Origin: Candidatus Poribacteria bacterium
Lineage (GTDB): Bacteria; Poribacteria; WGA-4E; PCPOR2b
Reading direction: 5' to 3'
Length of the DNA stretch: 64,000 nucleotides
NCBI GenBank assembly: GCA_965208325.1
Contig: OZ242326.1
Location: 2,912,001 to 2,976,000, forward strand
Position numbers and translations under genes: made by a program. The notes beneath the pieces are model-generated. The model did not search any database. It saw nothing but the letters and a program-made list of their open reading frames with translations, and was not told the origin of the DNA. Shown here piece after piece: positions 41,981-52,806 of the stretch (position 1 is the stretch's first letter; each line of letters opens with the position of its first letter).

Positions 41981-43060
41981 TTAGACCGATGGCAGTGCAG
42001 GTACAACATGCTTCGCCAGCAATTCCATCGAGCGCATCCACTTCGCTTTGTCATCCCAGTCATGCGCCATCATCAGGAGTGTGCCAAATCCACCGGTAAC
42101 GTCCCACAAGTCATGCAGTTGCCGAATGCACTCGTCCACATCTCCGATGATGCAAAGGTGTTTTAGGACGTATTCCGGTGTCACCTCGTCATCGGGTATG
42201 TCCAAATCGTGCTTCATCAAGTTCAACACATTTCTCGCCCTTATGACTGAGATGAGGTAGTCGAACGACCGGGCGAACGCGCCATTCAGCACCTGGTTCC
42301 AAGCATCTTCGTTTGATTCGCCAACAAAGATGCTGCGCGCTACGCGCCAGATGGATCGGTCAGGGGGCGGCCGGTCCGCCTCTTCAGCACCGGCGCAGTA
42401 CGTCCGCCAGTGCTCAGCGACAGTTGTCGCGGCAGGCACGATATTCGTGCTCAGGGGCATATAGCCGCGTTGGCCAGCCATACGGCACGCCAGCGACTCG
42501 CCTTGGGTTGCGCTCATCGCGAGCGGTGGATGCGGTTTCTGGTACGGTCTGAGCAATTCGCCTATCCCGCGCTCGGGAACAGGGTTTTCGACTTTAATGT
42601 GCCAAAATTGGCCCTTGAAGTCGAAGGGTGCTTCAGCTTGCCACAACTTGAGAATCATGTCAATGCCTTCGACAGTCATCAGCCCTTGCGTCTTTCGGTC
42701 CGGCAGGTTGAACAATTCCGAATCGGTCGCTATCCCGGATTGGCCAAAACCGCAATTTATACGTCCGCGAGACAGATGGTCAAGGAACGCGAGGCGGGCG
42801 GCGACGTTCGCCGGATGGTGGTGGGGAATTATTGATACGCCGGGGCCGAGGCGGATGTTCTTCGTGTGCGGCAGCACGTTGGCGATAAAAACATCGTTAG
42901 ACGGGATGGGTTCCCAGGCAATCGTGTGATGTTGGCCGACCCAAGCCTCCGTAAATCCAAGCTTGTCGGCATGAACAACCAACTCAATGTCTTCTTCGAA
43001 ACACTGTGTACGGTCCTTCTCCGGCGGGTGTAATGGCATCATGAACAGCCCCAATTTCAT
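41981..43060 (-). CDS. LLM-class (luciferase-like) flavin-dependent monooxygenase
   Basis: MKLGLFMMPLHPP, GFTEAWVGQHH, LDHLSRGR. Confidence 0.9.
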   Translation of the reverse strand: MKLGLFMMPLHPPEKDRTQCFEEDIELVVHADKLGFTEAWVGQHHTIAWEPIPSNDVFIANVLPHTKNIRLGPGVSIIPHHHPANVAARLAFLDHLSRGRINCGFGQSGIATDSELFNLPDRKTQGLMTVEGIDMILKLWQAEAPFDFKGQFWHIKVENPVPERGIGELLRPYQKPHPPLAMSATQGESLACRMAGQRGYMPLSTNIVPAATTVAEHWRTYCAGAEEADRPPPDRSIWRVARSIFVGESNEDAWNQVLNGAFARSFDYLISVIRARNVLNLMKHDLDIPDDEVTPEYVLKHLCIIGDVDECIRQLHDLWDVTGGFGTLLMMAHDWDDKAKWMRSMELLAKHVVPALPSV

Positions 43061-43232
43061 TGTATAGCCTCCCCTTCAAAACACGCTATTTCTCGCCGTT
43101 CCATAGCAATCCGTGGACAATCGTATAATCAACCTTCAAATAGTATCATAACCCAACATTAAGTATCAATCACAATAATTGAGAGCATTGCCTGACGGAC
43201 AGATTTATGACCTAATTCTGCTAACCGTTATT

Positions 43233-43335
43233 GTAGGTTGGGTTAAGCGGATTATTCCAATTACATTCTATGTTAAATTAACGCCGCGAATTTAAAACCG
43301 CGTGCTTGCCAAAATACATGCAGCGTAACCCAACG
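43233..43335 (+). repeat. REP-like element
   Basis: GTAGGTTGGGTTAAGCGG..GCGTAACCCAACG. Confidence 0.75.
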
Positions 43336-43600
43336 ATCCACCGAACGAATAGTGAGGGCGATAGTTTTGTTTTCGTAGCTCCAGGATTGCGCGATAAACA
43401 CACCCCAATAATAAAAAAATATCGGGTTACCTGCCATTGCCCACCATCCCTCTGCCCTTCCATCCTTCCAGGCATCTATATTACCAGCTTTTAAGATAGA
43501 AATCTTGATCGCTATTCTCTTCCTTGATCTCGATGGAACGAAGTTGACACCGCCACCTCCTTCTGCTAGTATTTGACGTACTTAACGCATTAAAATCACC

Positions 43601-46600
43601 GTGCGCCGAAAAAAACTTTGTGCCGTGCCGCTAACGACTGACAACCCCATGGGTGCAGAGCTAGAAACGACCACCGAACTCTCCGAGAATTTCCTCTCAC
43701 TGGACCTTGAAGTCGGTGTCAAAGACCGCCGAATCCACGCCTTCGCAGCAATACGCTCAAATACGGAGCAACCGCTGACGCGCCGTCCGTCGAGCGGCGG
43801 ATTGGACGCCGCATTGGCGGAATTGGACAACTTTGCCGACGGCGTAGACTTTGTACTCGGTCACAATCTTATCCATTTCGATTTGCCCCACCTGCGAGCC
43901 GCAAACCCCAACTTGCGGTTACTGCGCCTGCCCGCTGTAGATACCCTCAGACTCAATCCCCTAGCCTTCCCCCGCAACCCCTATCATCACTTGGTTAAGC
44001 ATTACCAAGATGGACAACTCGTACGCGGACGCATCAACAACCCGGAACTAGACGCCAGACTTGCTATTGGGGTCTTCAGCGACCAGCAGATTGCGTTAAG
44101 TAATACATCGTCCGACCTGTTGACCGCTTGGCACGGGCTGACGACCGCCGTAGGTGGCGAGGGATTCGATCGGTTTTTCGCAACACTGCGGCACTCGCCA
44201 AGACCGACCGCCGCGAAAACCTCTAACGCCATCTACACACTTCTGAATAGCAAAGCGTGCCAAACGCATACCAGCGAGGCGATAGCAAATGCAGATAACC
44301 ACCCCTGGGAGTTGGCTTATGCCTTGGCGTGGATCTCGGTGTGCGGTGGCAATTCGGTCATGCCCCCTTGGGTGCGGCATCAATTTCCCGGGGCCGGACG
44401 TTTGGTGCACCAACTGCGAGACACCCCTTGCGCCGACATCAACTGCAACTGGTGCCGAGAGCGGCACAACGCCCGAAATGAGCTTAACCGATGGTTTCGC
44501 TTTGCCGATTTCCGGGAAAAGCCAGTCGATCATGACGGCAATTCCATTCAGCAGCCCATCGTTGAAGCCGCCATGGCGCACAAACATGTGCTGGGAATCT
44601 TACCGACCGGCTCCGGCAAATCGCTCTGCTACCAACTGCCCGCAATCTCGCGCTACGACAAGACGGGCGCCTTGACGGTGGTAATCTCTCCGCTGGTCGC
44701 ACTTATGGCCGATCAAGTAGCGAGCCTCGAACGTAAAGGAATCGGTTGCTGCCTCACTATCAACGGGCTGTTGTCGATGCCCGAAAGGGCGGATGCCCTG
44801 GATCGGGTGCGCTTGGGAGATGCAGGCATCGTCCTGGTTGCGCCGGAGCAACTTCGCAGCATCCCCTTCCGCCGAGCGTTAAAACAGCGCGAAATTGGCG
44901 CCTGGGTGCTTGACGAAGCCCACTGCCTCTCGAAGTGGGGCCACGACTTTCGGCCCGATTACCGGTACGTGGGTCGGTTCATCCGGGAAACCGCGGGGGA
45001 GCAGCCCGTTCCGCCTGTGTTGTGCCTGACTGCCACCGCCAAGCCCGATGTGAAGGCGGACATCATTGAATATTTTCTTGACAGACTCGACATCGAGCTG
45101 AATGTCTTTGATGGCGGCGCCCAAAGAGACAATCTGGAGTTCTTAGTCGTACGCACGAGCGGCGGTGAGAAGTTCGATCATGTCCATCAGATAATTGCAG
45201 AATATCTGCCGGCGCATGTACCGGGCGGCGCCATCGTGTATTGCGCCACGCGGCGACAGACTGAAGAGATTGCACAATTCCTGCAGGCGAATGAGACGGC
45301 AGCCGAATACTTCCATGCGGGCCTGCCGCCAGAGACCAAGAAAGACGTCCAACAGAATTTCATCAGCGGCGAGTTACGTGTCATCGCAGCTACCAACGCC
45401 TTCGGCATGGGCATTGACAAACCGGACGTGCGGCTGGTAATCCATGCCGACATTCCCGGTTCCCTAGAAAATTTTCTGCAGGAGGCGGGTCGCGCCGGGC
45501 GCGATCAGCAGACTGCACACTGCGTACTGTTATACACGCCGGAAGATGTGGAGCGCCAGTTTGGCATGTCGGCTTACTCTCGGCTCACACGGCGGGAAAT
45601 CCACGGCGTCCTAAGGGCGCTGCGTAATCTCGACCGGAGGAATCGGTTGAACGGCGAGGTGGTAGCCACCGCCGGTGAAATCCTCCTTGAGGACGAAGAC
45701 AAAGTCTTCCAACGGGATTCGGCGACCGACGACACCCGGGTACGCACCGCGGTGGCATGGCTGGAAGAAGCTGACCTGCTGCAGCGGGATGCAAATTACG
45801 TAAGGGTGTTTCCGTCGTCGCTGCGCGTGAATTCAACGAAAGATGCTCGTAACAAGCTGGAAACCGCTCGAATCAGAGATGACTATCGTCGCCAACTGTT
45901 AATCATTGTCGATAGGCTGATTGACGCGGGCCGGGACCAAGGTATCTCCACGGACGAACTGATGGCGGCTTCCGGTCTGACGCCGGAGGGCGTACGAGCC
46001 GCGCTCTACGACTTAGAGCAGTTGGGCATCGCAAACAACGACACGGTTTTGACGGCTTTCGTTCACGCAGGAGTCGAACATTCATCACAAAATCGCTACG
46101 ACAAGGCAGCGGCGCTTGAGTGTGCCCTAATCGATTTTTTGCGTGAGGACGCCCCCGATATGGATAAAGGAGAGAGCGCCATGCTGCATCTACGCGTCGC
46201 CGCCCAACGGCTAAAAGATGCCGGACATACCTATGCCCTGCCGGAACGCCTGTGGCGAAACCTCCGAAGCATCGCCGCTGACGGTCGCGGTGAAGGAAGC
46301 GGCGGCGGAAGTCTCGCCGTTCGAAAGCTTAATCCAGAGATTGTGCGAGTGACCATGCTGCGTGGGTGGAAAGCGTTGACTGAGACCGCTCGGTTGCGCC
46401 GCCAAGCCGCGGTGCGCCTGCTCGAACATCTTCTTTCCAGCCTGCCGTCCGGCAGCCGAGGCACAGACCTGCTCGCCGAGACGACCTTGGGGCAACTGCT
46501 GGGGGCGATTAAGTCAGACCTTATTCTGGCGAACCGCGTGAAGCACCACGGAAAACTCATGGACCGCGCCCTGCTGTGGCTTCACGAGCAGGAGGTAATC

Positions 46601-48763
46601 CAACTAAATAAAGGGCTAGCGGTGCTACGACCGGCGATGACCATCCGCCTTCAGCCGGAACGCCGCGGTTTTGCTCGATCGGATTTTCAACCCCTCAACC
46701 TTCACTACCTTGAAAAAACGCTGCAAATCCACGTAATAGCGGAATTTGCAGAGCGAGGACTTGAGGCAATTGTTGATAGTCTGCGTATGGCGATGGACTA
46801 TTTTGTGCTTACACGAAATGACTTTCTGCGCCGCTGGCTGCCGGACCGAGATATTTCGCGCCAGACTACACCGGAATCTTGGCGAACCATCGTCGAAAGC
46901 CTGAGAAATCCCATTCAACGCCGCATCGTGGCGGACGACCGGGAGCAGACGAACGTCCTGGTGCTCGCCGGTCCCGGCTCCGGCAAGACGCGGGTGCTCG
47001 TGCATCGTATCGCCTATCTGATACGCGTGAGACGCGAGAACCCCCGCGGCATCTTGGCGCTCGCTTACAACCGGCACGCCGCCGTCGAAATCCGTCGGCG
47101 CTTAGCAGAACTCATCGGTGTCGACGCCCGCGGGGTGTTGGTGTTCACCTGCCATGCACTCGCTATGCGGCTGGTCGGCGCCAGTTTCGAGGGACGCGCA
47201 AATCGCATGGATGACGAGGAATTCCGAGAAATACTCCGCGGTGCCGCGGCACTGCTGCACGGCGAAGGGCTGCCGCCGGACGAAGCCGACGAATACCGCG
47301 CGCGCCTGCTGGCAGGGTTCCGCTGGATTTTGGTAGATGAGTACCAGGACATCGGCGAAGATCAGTACGAACTAATTTCCGCACTGGCGGGCAGAACCCT
47401 TTCCGACGAAGATGACAAATTAAGCCTTTTCGCAGTGGGCGATGACGATCAGAACATCTACGCCTTCAACGGCTCCTCAGTCGAGTTTATTCGCCGCTTT
47501 GAGGAGGACTACCGCGCCCAACCCACCTTCCTGACCGGCAACTACCGTTCCACAGCCCGCATTATCGCAGCTTCCAATGCGTTAATCGAGCCGGCGCAGC
47601 AACGCATGAAGACCGAGCACCCAATCAAGGTCAACAGAGCGAGGAGGGATGAACCGCACGGCGGCGCATGGTCTACGCTTGACTCGGTCGCCGGCGGGAA
47701 AGTGCAGATATTGCTTGTGGGCGATAATCCTATCACCCAAGCGCAGGCCGTTGTCGTCGAACTGAAGCGATTGTCCGATTTAGATCCTGACTGGGATTGG
47801 TCGAAATGCGCCGTCATCGCGCGCAAATGGCGTTACCTAGACCCGGTGCGCAGCCTCTGCGAACTCGAGAAGATTCCGGTTCAGATGGCGAACGAAGACA
47901 ACTTGAAAGTTTGGCATCTACGGGAGACCCGCAGGCTAGTGGACTGGCTGCGCTCGCGGAAGTTTCGCTCGGTATCAGGGGAAGACCTGAACAACTGGAT
48001 GGACAACCAGCCCGCAAATCCTTGGTCCGAGCTGCTCCGCGACGGCATAACAGAGTACACGCTGGAAACCAGCGGAGCGGAAACACCGGCAAATCACTTC
48101 GTCGAGTGGCTGGCTGAATGGGCTCGCGAGGTACGCCGCCGCCAGCGGGGGCTGCTGCTGTTGACCGCCCACCGCGCCAAAGGCTTGGAATTCGACCATG
48201 TGGTCGTATTAGACGGAGGCTGGGATCGCGTTGATAGCAGCGAGGATGTGGATGCCCCGCGGCGGCTGTATTACGTCGCAATGACCCGCGCACGCCACAC
48301 CCTTGCGCTGGCGCGCTTTCCGGGTGAACACCGGCTGCAAGACGCCTTGCGGGGTAATCCTTCGGTGCTGCGCCGACGCGGAGACGGCAATCTCCCGCCC
48401 CCGCCGCCGGAACTTGAACGCCGCTACAGCCGGCTCAGCTTGAGCGACATCTTTCTGAGTTTCGCGGGGTATAAGCGCCCCGATGATCCCGTGTATCGGA
48501 ATATCGCCTCGCTCTCTCCCGGCGATCCGTTGCATGTGCGCGTCGGGTCGAAGCGATGGGAACTTCTCGATCGCAACGGGAATGTCGTCGGGCAGCTTGC
48601 CTCCGGATTCAACGGGTCTGGCAACGTGCGCTGCACACGCGCCAAAGTCTGGGCAATCGTCGCCTGGAACCGCGAGTATTCGGAACCCCAGTACCAACGC
48701 GGCATTCAACGCGATAGCTGGGAGGTCGTGGTGCCGGAGTTGATTTTCGAGCCGGATTCATAA
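43601..48763 (+). CDS. fusion of a DEDD-exonuclease-like domain, RecQ helicase and UvrD-like helicase
   Basis: LDLE/GHNLIHFD N-terminus; LPTGSGKS, DEAH, QEAGRAGRD; AGPGSGKT, DEYQD, HRAKGLEFD, YVAMTRAR; start may be ATG 43649; promoter TTGACA-17-TAGTAT at 43544-43572. Confidence 0.9.
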   Translation: MRRKKLCAVPLTTDNPMGAELETTTELSENFLSLDLEVGVKDRRIHAFAAIRSNTEQPLTRRPSSGGLDAALAELDNFADGVDFVLGHNLIHFDLPHLRAANPNLRLLRLPAVDTLRLNPLAFPRNPYHHLVKHYQDGQLVRGRINNPELDARLAIGVFSDQQIALSNTSSDLLTAWHGLTTAVGGEGFDRFFATLRHSPRPTAAKTSNAIYTLLNSKACQTHTSEAIANADNHPWELAYALAWISVCGGNSVMPPWVRHQFPGAGRLVHQLRDTPCADINCNWCRERHNARNELNRWFRFADFREKPVDHDGNSIQQPIVEAAMAHKHVLGILPTGSGKSLCYQLPAISRYDKTGALTVVISPLVALMADQVASLERKGIGCCLTINGLLSMPERADALDRVRLGDAGIVLVAPEQLRSIPFRRALKQREIGAWVLDEAHCLSKWGHDFRPDYRYVGRFIRETAGEQPVPPVLCLTATAKPDVKADIIEYFLDRLDIELNVFDGGAQRDNLEFLVVRTSGGEKFDHVHQIIAEYLPAHVPGGAIVYCATRRQTEEIAQFLQANETAAEYFHAGLPPETKKDVQQNFISGELRVIAATNAFGMGIDKPDVRLVIHADIPGSLENFLQEAGRAGRDQQTAHCVLLYTPEDVERQFGMSAYSRLTRREIHGVLRALRNLDRRNRLNGEVVATAGEILLEDEDKVFQRDSATDDTRVRTAVAWLEEADLLQRDANYVRVFPSSLRVNSTKDARNKLETARIRDDYRRQLLIIVDRLIDAGRDQGISTDELMAASGLTPEGVRAALYDLEQLGIANNDTVLTAFVHAGVEHSSQNRYDKAAALECALIDFLREDAPDMDKGESAMLHLRVAAQRLKDAGHTYALPERLWRNLRSIAADGRGEGSGGGSLAVRKLNPEIVRVTMLRGWKALTETARLRRQAAVRLLEHLLSSLPSGSRGTDLLAETTLGQLLGAIKSDLILANRVKHHGKLMDRALLWLHEQEVIQLNKGLAVLRPAMTIRLQPERRGFARSDFQPLNLHYLEKTLQIHVIAEFAERGLEAIVDSLRMAMDYFVLTRNDFLRRWLPDRDISRQTTPESWRTIVESLRNPIQRRIVADDREQTNVLVLAGPGSGKTRVLVHRIAYLIRVRRENPRGILALAYNRHAAVEIRRRLAELIGVDARGVLVFTCHALAMRLVGASFEGRANRMDDEEFREILRGAAALLHGEGLPPDEADEYRARLLAGFRWILVDEYQDIGEDQYELISALAGRTLSDEDDKLSLFAVGDDDQNIYAFNGSSVEFIRRFEEDYRAQPTFLTGNYRSTARIIAASNALIEPAQQRMKTEHPIKVNRARRDEPHGGAWSTLDSVAGGKVQILLVGDNPITQAQAVVVELKRLSDLDPDWDWSKCAVIARKWRYLDPVRSLCELEKIPVQMANEDNLKVWHLRETRRLVDWLRSRKFRSVSGEDLNNWMDNQPANPWSELLRDGITEYTLETSGAETPANHFVEWLAEWAREVRRRQRGLLLLTAHRAKGLEFDHVVVLDGGWDRVDSSEDVDAPRRLYYVAMTRARHTLALARFPGEHRLQDALRGNPSVLRRRGDGNLPPPPPELERRYSRLSLSDIFLSFAGYKRPDDPVYRNIASLSPGDPLHVRVGSKRWELLDRNGNVVGQLASGFNGSGNVRCTRAKVWAIVAWNREYSEPQYQRGIQRDSWEVVVPELIFEPDS

Positions 48764-48849
48764 ACTTACCAATTCCCCCGCATACCGGTATACTTTCCAT
48801 TTCACGATACGAATCAAGGCCCGGGGGAAATGATTAATATTTACGCAAA

Positions 48850-49590
48850 ATGAATTCTTACAAATTCACAGATTATACATACTTGGAAATTAAGGGCTTC
48901 ATTGAGGAAGGGTACTTGGCAATCTTACCGACAGGATGCACAGAACAGCAGGGCCCGCACCTGCCGGTGGGTTTCGACACATGGTTCGCTGAGACCGTTG
49001 CTTTAGCGGCTGTGCAGCACAATCGCGGCCGTGCCCTAGTGTTGCCGGCAATGCCATTTGGCCCAACGCCGGAACATCAGGGCTTCGGTTCAGGCTATGT
49101 CAACATCCCGCACCCGGTCCACGAAGAGTTCATCTATTTCGTCCTTGAATCGCTCGCACAACAAGGCTTCAGTACCATCGTTGTCTGGCGAGGCTGCGGA
49201 GAGCATCGGTTACAGAGAACAGTAAACAACTTCAACGCGAAATTTCAGGATCGATGCACCGCATGTGTTCCAGCCCTTCCGTACCGTGACATTTGGCTGC
49301 GTGTAGCTGATCCAACTGTTCCGTGCGGTCACGCCGACAGCTTTGCGACTTCGATCGCTCTATACAAATGCCCGGAGATTGTTCGCGTCGACAAAATCCC
49401 TCCACCCAACGCCGGTCAAGTGGACTGGAACGATCCGCATCTCGATTTTTCGAAATACTCAGAAACCGGTGTCATCGGCGACGCTACCAAAGCGAGCGCC
49501 GAATTAGGCAGTAGGCTTTGGAACGAGGTCGTAACGACATCAGCAACAATAATCAGAAATGCTGCCGTAAATTGTGCACCGAATGGATAA
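48850..49590 (+). CDS. creatininase-family amidohydrolase
   Basis: LPTGCTEQQGPHLPVGFD, GHAD, GVIGDATKASAELG. Confidence 0.85.
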   Translation: MNSYKFTDYTYLEIKGFIEEGYLAILPTGCTEQQGPHLPVGFDTWFAETVALAAVQHNRGRALVLPAMPFGPTPEHQGFGSGYVNIPHPVHEEFIYFVLESLAQQGFSTIVVWRGCGEHRLQRTVNNFNAKFQDRCTACVPALPYRDIWLRVADPTVPCGHADSFATSIALYKCPEIVRVDKIPPPNAGQVDWNDPHLDFSKYSETGVIGDATKASAELGSRLWNEVVTTSATIIRNAAVNCAPNG

Positions 49591-49943
49591 CGAGAGGGAT
49601 TGAACCGGCCAATCCAAAATCTTTAATCATCTGGACACTCCACTCACACTTCGGAGCATAACAGGATTGTTGCCGCGGTCGAGGCGGTAGAACCGCAAGG
49701 GGCGTGTAATGAAGTATTGAAAGAAATCGAGAGGATGTATAAGATGTTTGTGCGTCGGGGAATCCGAACTTTCACTCGAATCCCCCTGAAGCCACCCGAG
49801 ATCGACCCTCGGATTCAAAAAGGGGACTGTGTGCTTCACTTGCACAGTCCCTTTTCCATTCTAACGACATCGCTCGTTTTTTTGCGGCGGCTTGATTCTT
49901 GTGCTATAGTTAAACGCCAGTAAGAATATCATCGCCCATTCCC

Positions 49944-50816
49944 ATGCCAAAAATCCCGGTTCTGATTCTCTTTTTGATTTCCGTGTCGTTATGCTCAGCG
50001 GAATTAAGCGAGCCGCTATCGGTTGAAAGGTTGCTTGCCATAACCGAAAAAGAACTGGAAACGGAACTGCCAAAGTTTGATATTGCCTACATCAACATGG
50101 TCTGTGCACAGGGGTTGCCCGGTGCGGAAGCATTTGATGTTCCAAAGGCTTTAGCAAAACTCGATGAATGGGCGAAACATATTCAACATGAAACCCAACG
50201 CCACGAATATCTGTTTCATCGAGATAAGGACTATTACAACGGCTCACTTGCATACTACCAGATTGAGATGATGGTGTCGGTCTTATCACAGGATATGGGG
50301 GTCAGGTATAATCCCGAACTGATTGAGTCCGGCGCATTGTACGACCTTGAATCAACACGGTTCTATGCCGATTCAAGAGATGTGTTCCTTCATGGGTTGC
50401 TATCCCCGCGTCCGTGGGGAACTTGCGCCTCAATGCCTGTCTTGGTCGTTGCTATCGGTAGACGCTTGGGCTATCCGTTAAAACTAGTGCGCGCCAAAGC
50501 CCATCTTTTTGTGCGGTGGGAGTCGGAAACAGAGCGTTTCAACATTGAGGCGACAGGGCGAGGATGGAATCCTTATCCGGATTCGCATTATCGCCGGTGG
50601 CCGCATCCATTCACCAAAGCGGAAGAATACGCCAACCGCTTTTTGAAATCGCTATCGCCGGCAGAAGCACTGGCGGATTTTCTGGGTCAACGCGCCTACT
50701 GTCTCAAGGAACATAAAAGAGATGCCGAAGCCAAAAAAGCGCATGTCAAAACTATCTGGATCTATCAATTGTTCAACGAACGGAGCGGGCGAATAAAACG
50801 CCCGAACATGCTATGA
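49944..50816 (+). CDS. exported transglutaminase/papain-like (SirB1-related) protein
   Basis: signal peptide; putative triad GTCASMP, AHLFVRW, FNIEAT. Confidence 0.75.
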   Translation: MPKIPVLILFLISVSLCSAELSEPLSVERLLAITEKELETELPKFDIAYINMVCAQGLPGAEAFDVPKALAKLDEWAKHIQHETQRHEYLFHRDKDYYNGSLAYYQIEMMVSVLSQDMGVRYNPELIESGALYDLESTRFYADSRDVFLHGLLSPRPWGTCASMPVLVVAIGRRLGYPLKLVRAKAHLFVRWESETERFNIEATGRGWNPYPDSHYRRWPHPFTKAEEYANRFLKSLSPAEALADFLGQRAYCLKEHKRDAEAKKAHVKTIWIYQLFNERSGRIKRPNML

Positions 50817-51643
50817 CTATGAACACAGTTAAACGATTTACCCTACTGATACTACCGCTGACCTTTATCGCTTCACCCGTTTTAGAAGCCTATTATGACC
50901 CGCACATCGGACGCTTTACACAGCGAGACCCCGCGGGAGAAGGGGTCAACTGGTATGCCTATGGCGCGAACAATCCGATGAAGTTTGTTGACCCAACGGG
51001 GATGTATATCGTCCTGCCGGGCGGCACCGAAATAAGAAGCGTCCCTGACATAGTTGGTGGTAACTATGTAAGGCCGGAGGGTCTGTCAGACGAAGCCAGT
51101 ATACTTTGGGATTCAATATTCACAGGCGGAAACAACGGAACCGGAATCGCTGGAAGTAACAGCGCGGGCGGTATTGTGACCGATATTATCGAAAGCCCCA
51201 CGCCAGTGACAATAAATTTTTCAGAAAAAGTACAAGGAAATGCGGAAGCCGTTGCCATATTGAATCCTAATAACGGTTCTATTACAGTAAACATCAATAA
51301 GGAAAGGGTCAAACCGCCGAACCCAGAAATTTTGGGACAGATGGCTAGGCTGACAATGGCTCTGGTTCATGAATTTTCTCATGTCCATGACTATATGAAC
51401 ATACCACTAGACTTCATATATGGCCAGCCATACCATTTTAGTTATGTTACGGAAATGAAGGCTTTTGGTCTTGAAGCCCGGTACGCAATAGAAACGGATA
51501 GAAAAGACGGAAATTATAAGTTCGGCTGGCATAGCATGTATTCTGGCTTTAGTGCACATGAACTCACGCACTATGGTTCCACGGACTATTACGGGAAACT
51601 TAATAGACTGGCACTTAAGGCAATGGGGTTGAATTATCGATAA
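50813..51643 (+). CDS. signal peptide + minimal RHS-core motif + HExxH metallopeptidase domain
   Basis: YYDPHIGRFTQRDP..NWYAYGANNPMKFVDPTG; ALVHEFSHVHDY..TEMKA. Confidence 0.8.
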   Translation: MTMNTVKRFTLLILPLTFIASPVLEAYYDPHIGRFTQRDPAGEGVNWYAYGANNPMKFVDPTGMYIVLPGGTEIRSVPDIVGGNYVRPEGLSDEASILWDSIFTGGNNGTGIAGSNSAGGIVTDIIESPTPVTINFSEKVQGNAEAVAILNPNNGSITVNINKERVKPPNPEILGQMARLTMALVHEFSHVHDYMNIPLDFIYGQPYHFSYVTEMKAFGLEARYAIETDRKDGNYKFGWHSMYSGFSAHELTHYGSTDYYGKLNRLALKAMGLNYR

Positions 51644-51660
51644 TCGGCAGGAGAAAAACA

Positions 51661-52782
51661 ATGCGGCTTGTCCTTATCTGTCTATATTTGGTTAGCATGG
51701 CAAATATTGTATCTTACGCTCATGATCAGAACATCGCGTCGTTAATTCAGCAACTTGAACATACAGATGCGGATGTCCGAGACAGCGCGGGTAAATCCCT
51801 CATCGAAATTGGCGAAACAGCAGTGCCGGCATTGATTGTGGGATTAAACCACGAAAAAGTCATTGTGCGCCGGGCGGTTGTGGATATACTGTACAATATT
51901 AGAGCGAGTGTCCCTCACAATAAAGACATAGACCGTGCTTTGGCTAAAGCCCTACAAGATATAGAGGTGCGTTATCAAATAATACAATGCTTCACTCCGA
52001 CCGATTCGGAATTACCGCCGGAGTTTATTTCAGGCTTAGTGCAGTTACTCTATTATGGATCGCCCTACTTTGGACACGCCGATCCCTGCATGGTTTTGCT
52101 CAAGTGGACGGGCAATCAAGGACGAGTTGCTTTAATCGAGGCGTTGCACAGTAGCGAATGGCCGCTTCGTTTTGGTGCTGCCATCACCTATGGGCATCTG
52201 TTTGGCTTCTTCACTGGCTTTAATAACCCTGATGCTGCGCCTCTTCCTAATGAAGCAATCTCTCCTAAAGAGGTAATCTCTATAATAGCTGGAGGATTAA
52301 CCCATCCGGATTGGAAGACACGAGATGAAGCGATGAGGGTCTTGAGTATCATTAGCAAGTCCGACCCTGCTCGCTTTGGCGAAACGGCAAAAGCGTTTGA
52401 TGAAGCCAGACAGGCACTTAAAGCATTGCCGGCCTTCGCTATCATATCCCAAACTATCACAGATGGGTGTTACCTTGATGACACAAATTTCGATGCTTTC
52501 GATTCATTGAATACCGAGGGCATTACGTTCAAATTCAACCGCTCAATTCACGGGAGCGGGACGCTTACAATCAAAACCGTTGATGGTGAACCGCTAGGTT
52601 GGAACGTCGAAAAGGGCAGCCATTCAGTGACCATAACCCCGCCAGAAGGGAAAGAACTGGTAAAAGGTCAACGCTATACGATTCAACTCAGGGATGTTAA
52701 GGACATTCTGGGTAATCAAGTCGATGCCGAAATCGAGTTCTCAACTGAAGTGCTGATTCGTAGTTCCAGGCACGCCCATTAA
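51661..52782 (+). CDS. exported HEAT-repeat + Ig-like (SbsA/Big_5-type) protein, candidate immunity or partner
   Basis: signal peptide, HEAT motifs IGETAVPALI, C-terminal ITFKFNRSI..VTITPP..YTIQL..DILGN. Confidence 0.75.
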   Translation: MRLVLICLYLVSMANIVSYAHDQNIASLIQQLEHTDADVRDSAGKSLIEIGETAVPALIVGLNHEKVIVRRAVVDILYNIRASVPHNKDIDRALAKALQDIEVRYQIIQCFTPTDSELPPEFISGLVQLLYYGSPYFGHADPCMVLLKWTGNQGRVALIEALHSSEWPLRFGAAITYGHLFGFFTGFNNPDAAPLPNEAISPKEVISIIAGGLTHPDWKTRDEAMRVLSIISKSDPARFGETAKAFDEARQALKALPAFAIISQTITDGCYLDDTNFDAFDSLNTEGITFKFNRSIHGSGTLTIKTVDGEPLGWNVEKGSHSVTITPPEGKELVKGQRYTIQLRDVKDILGNQVDAEIEFSTEVLIRSSRHAH

Positions 52783-52806
52783 AGCCCCTAACTCGAAGGA
52801 AAAGCA

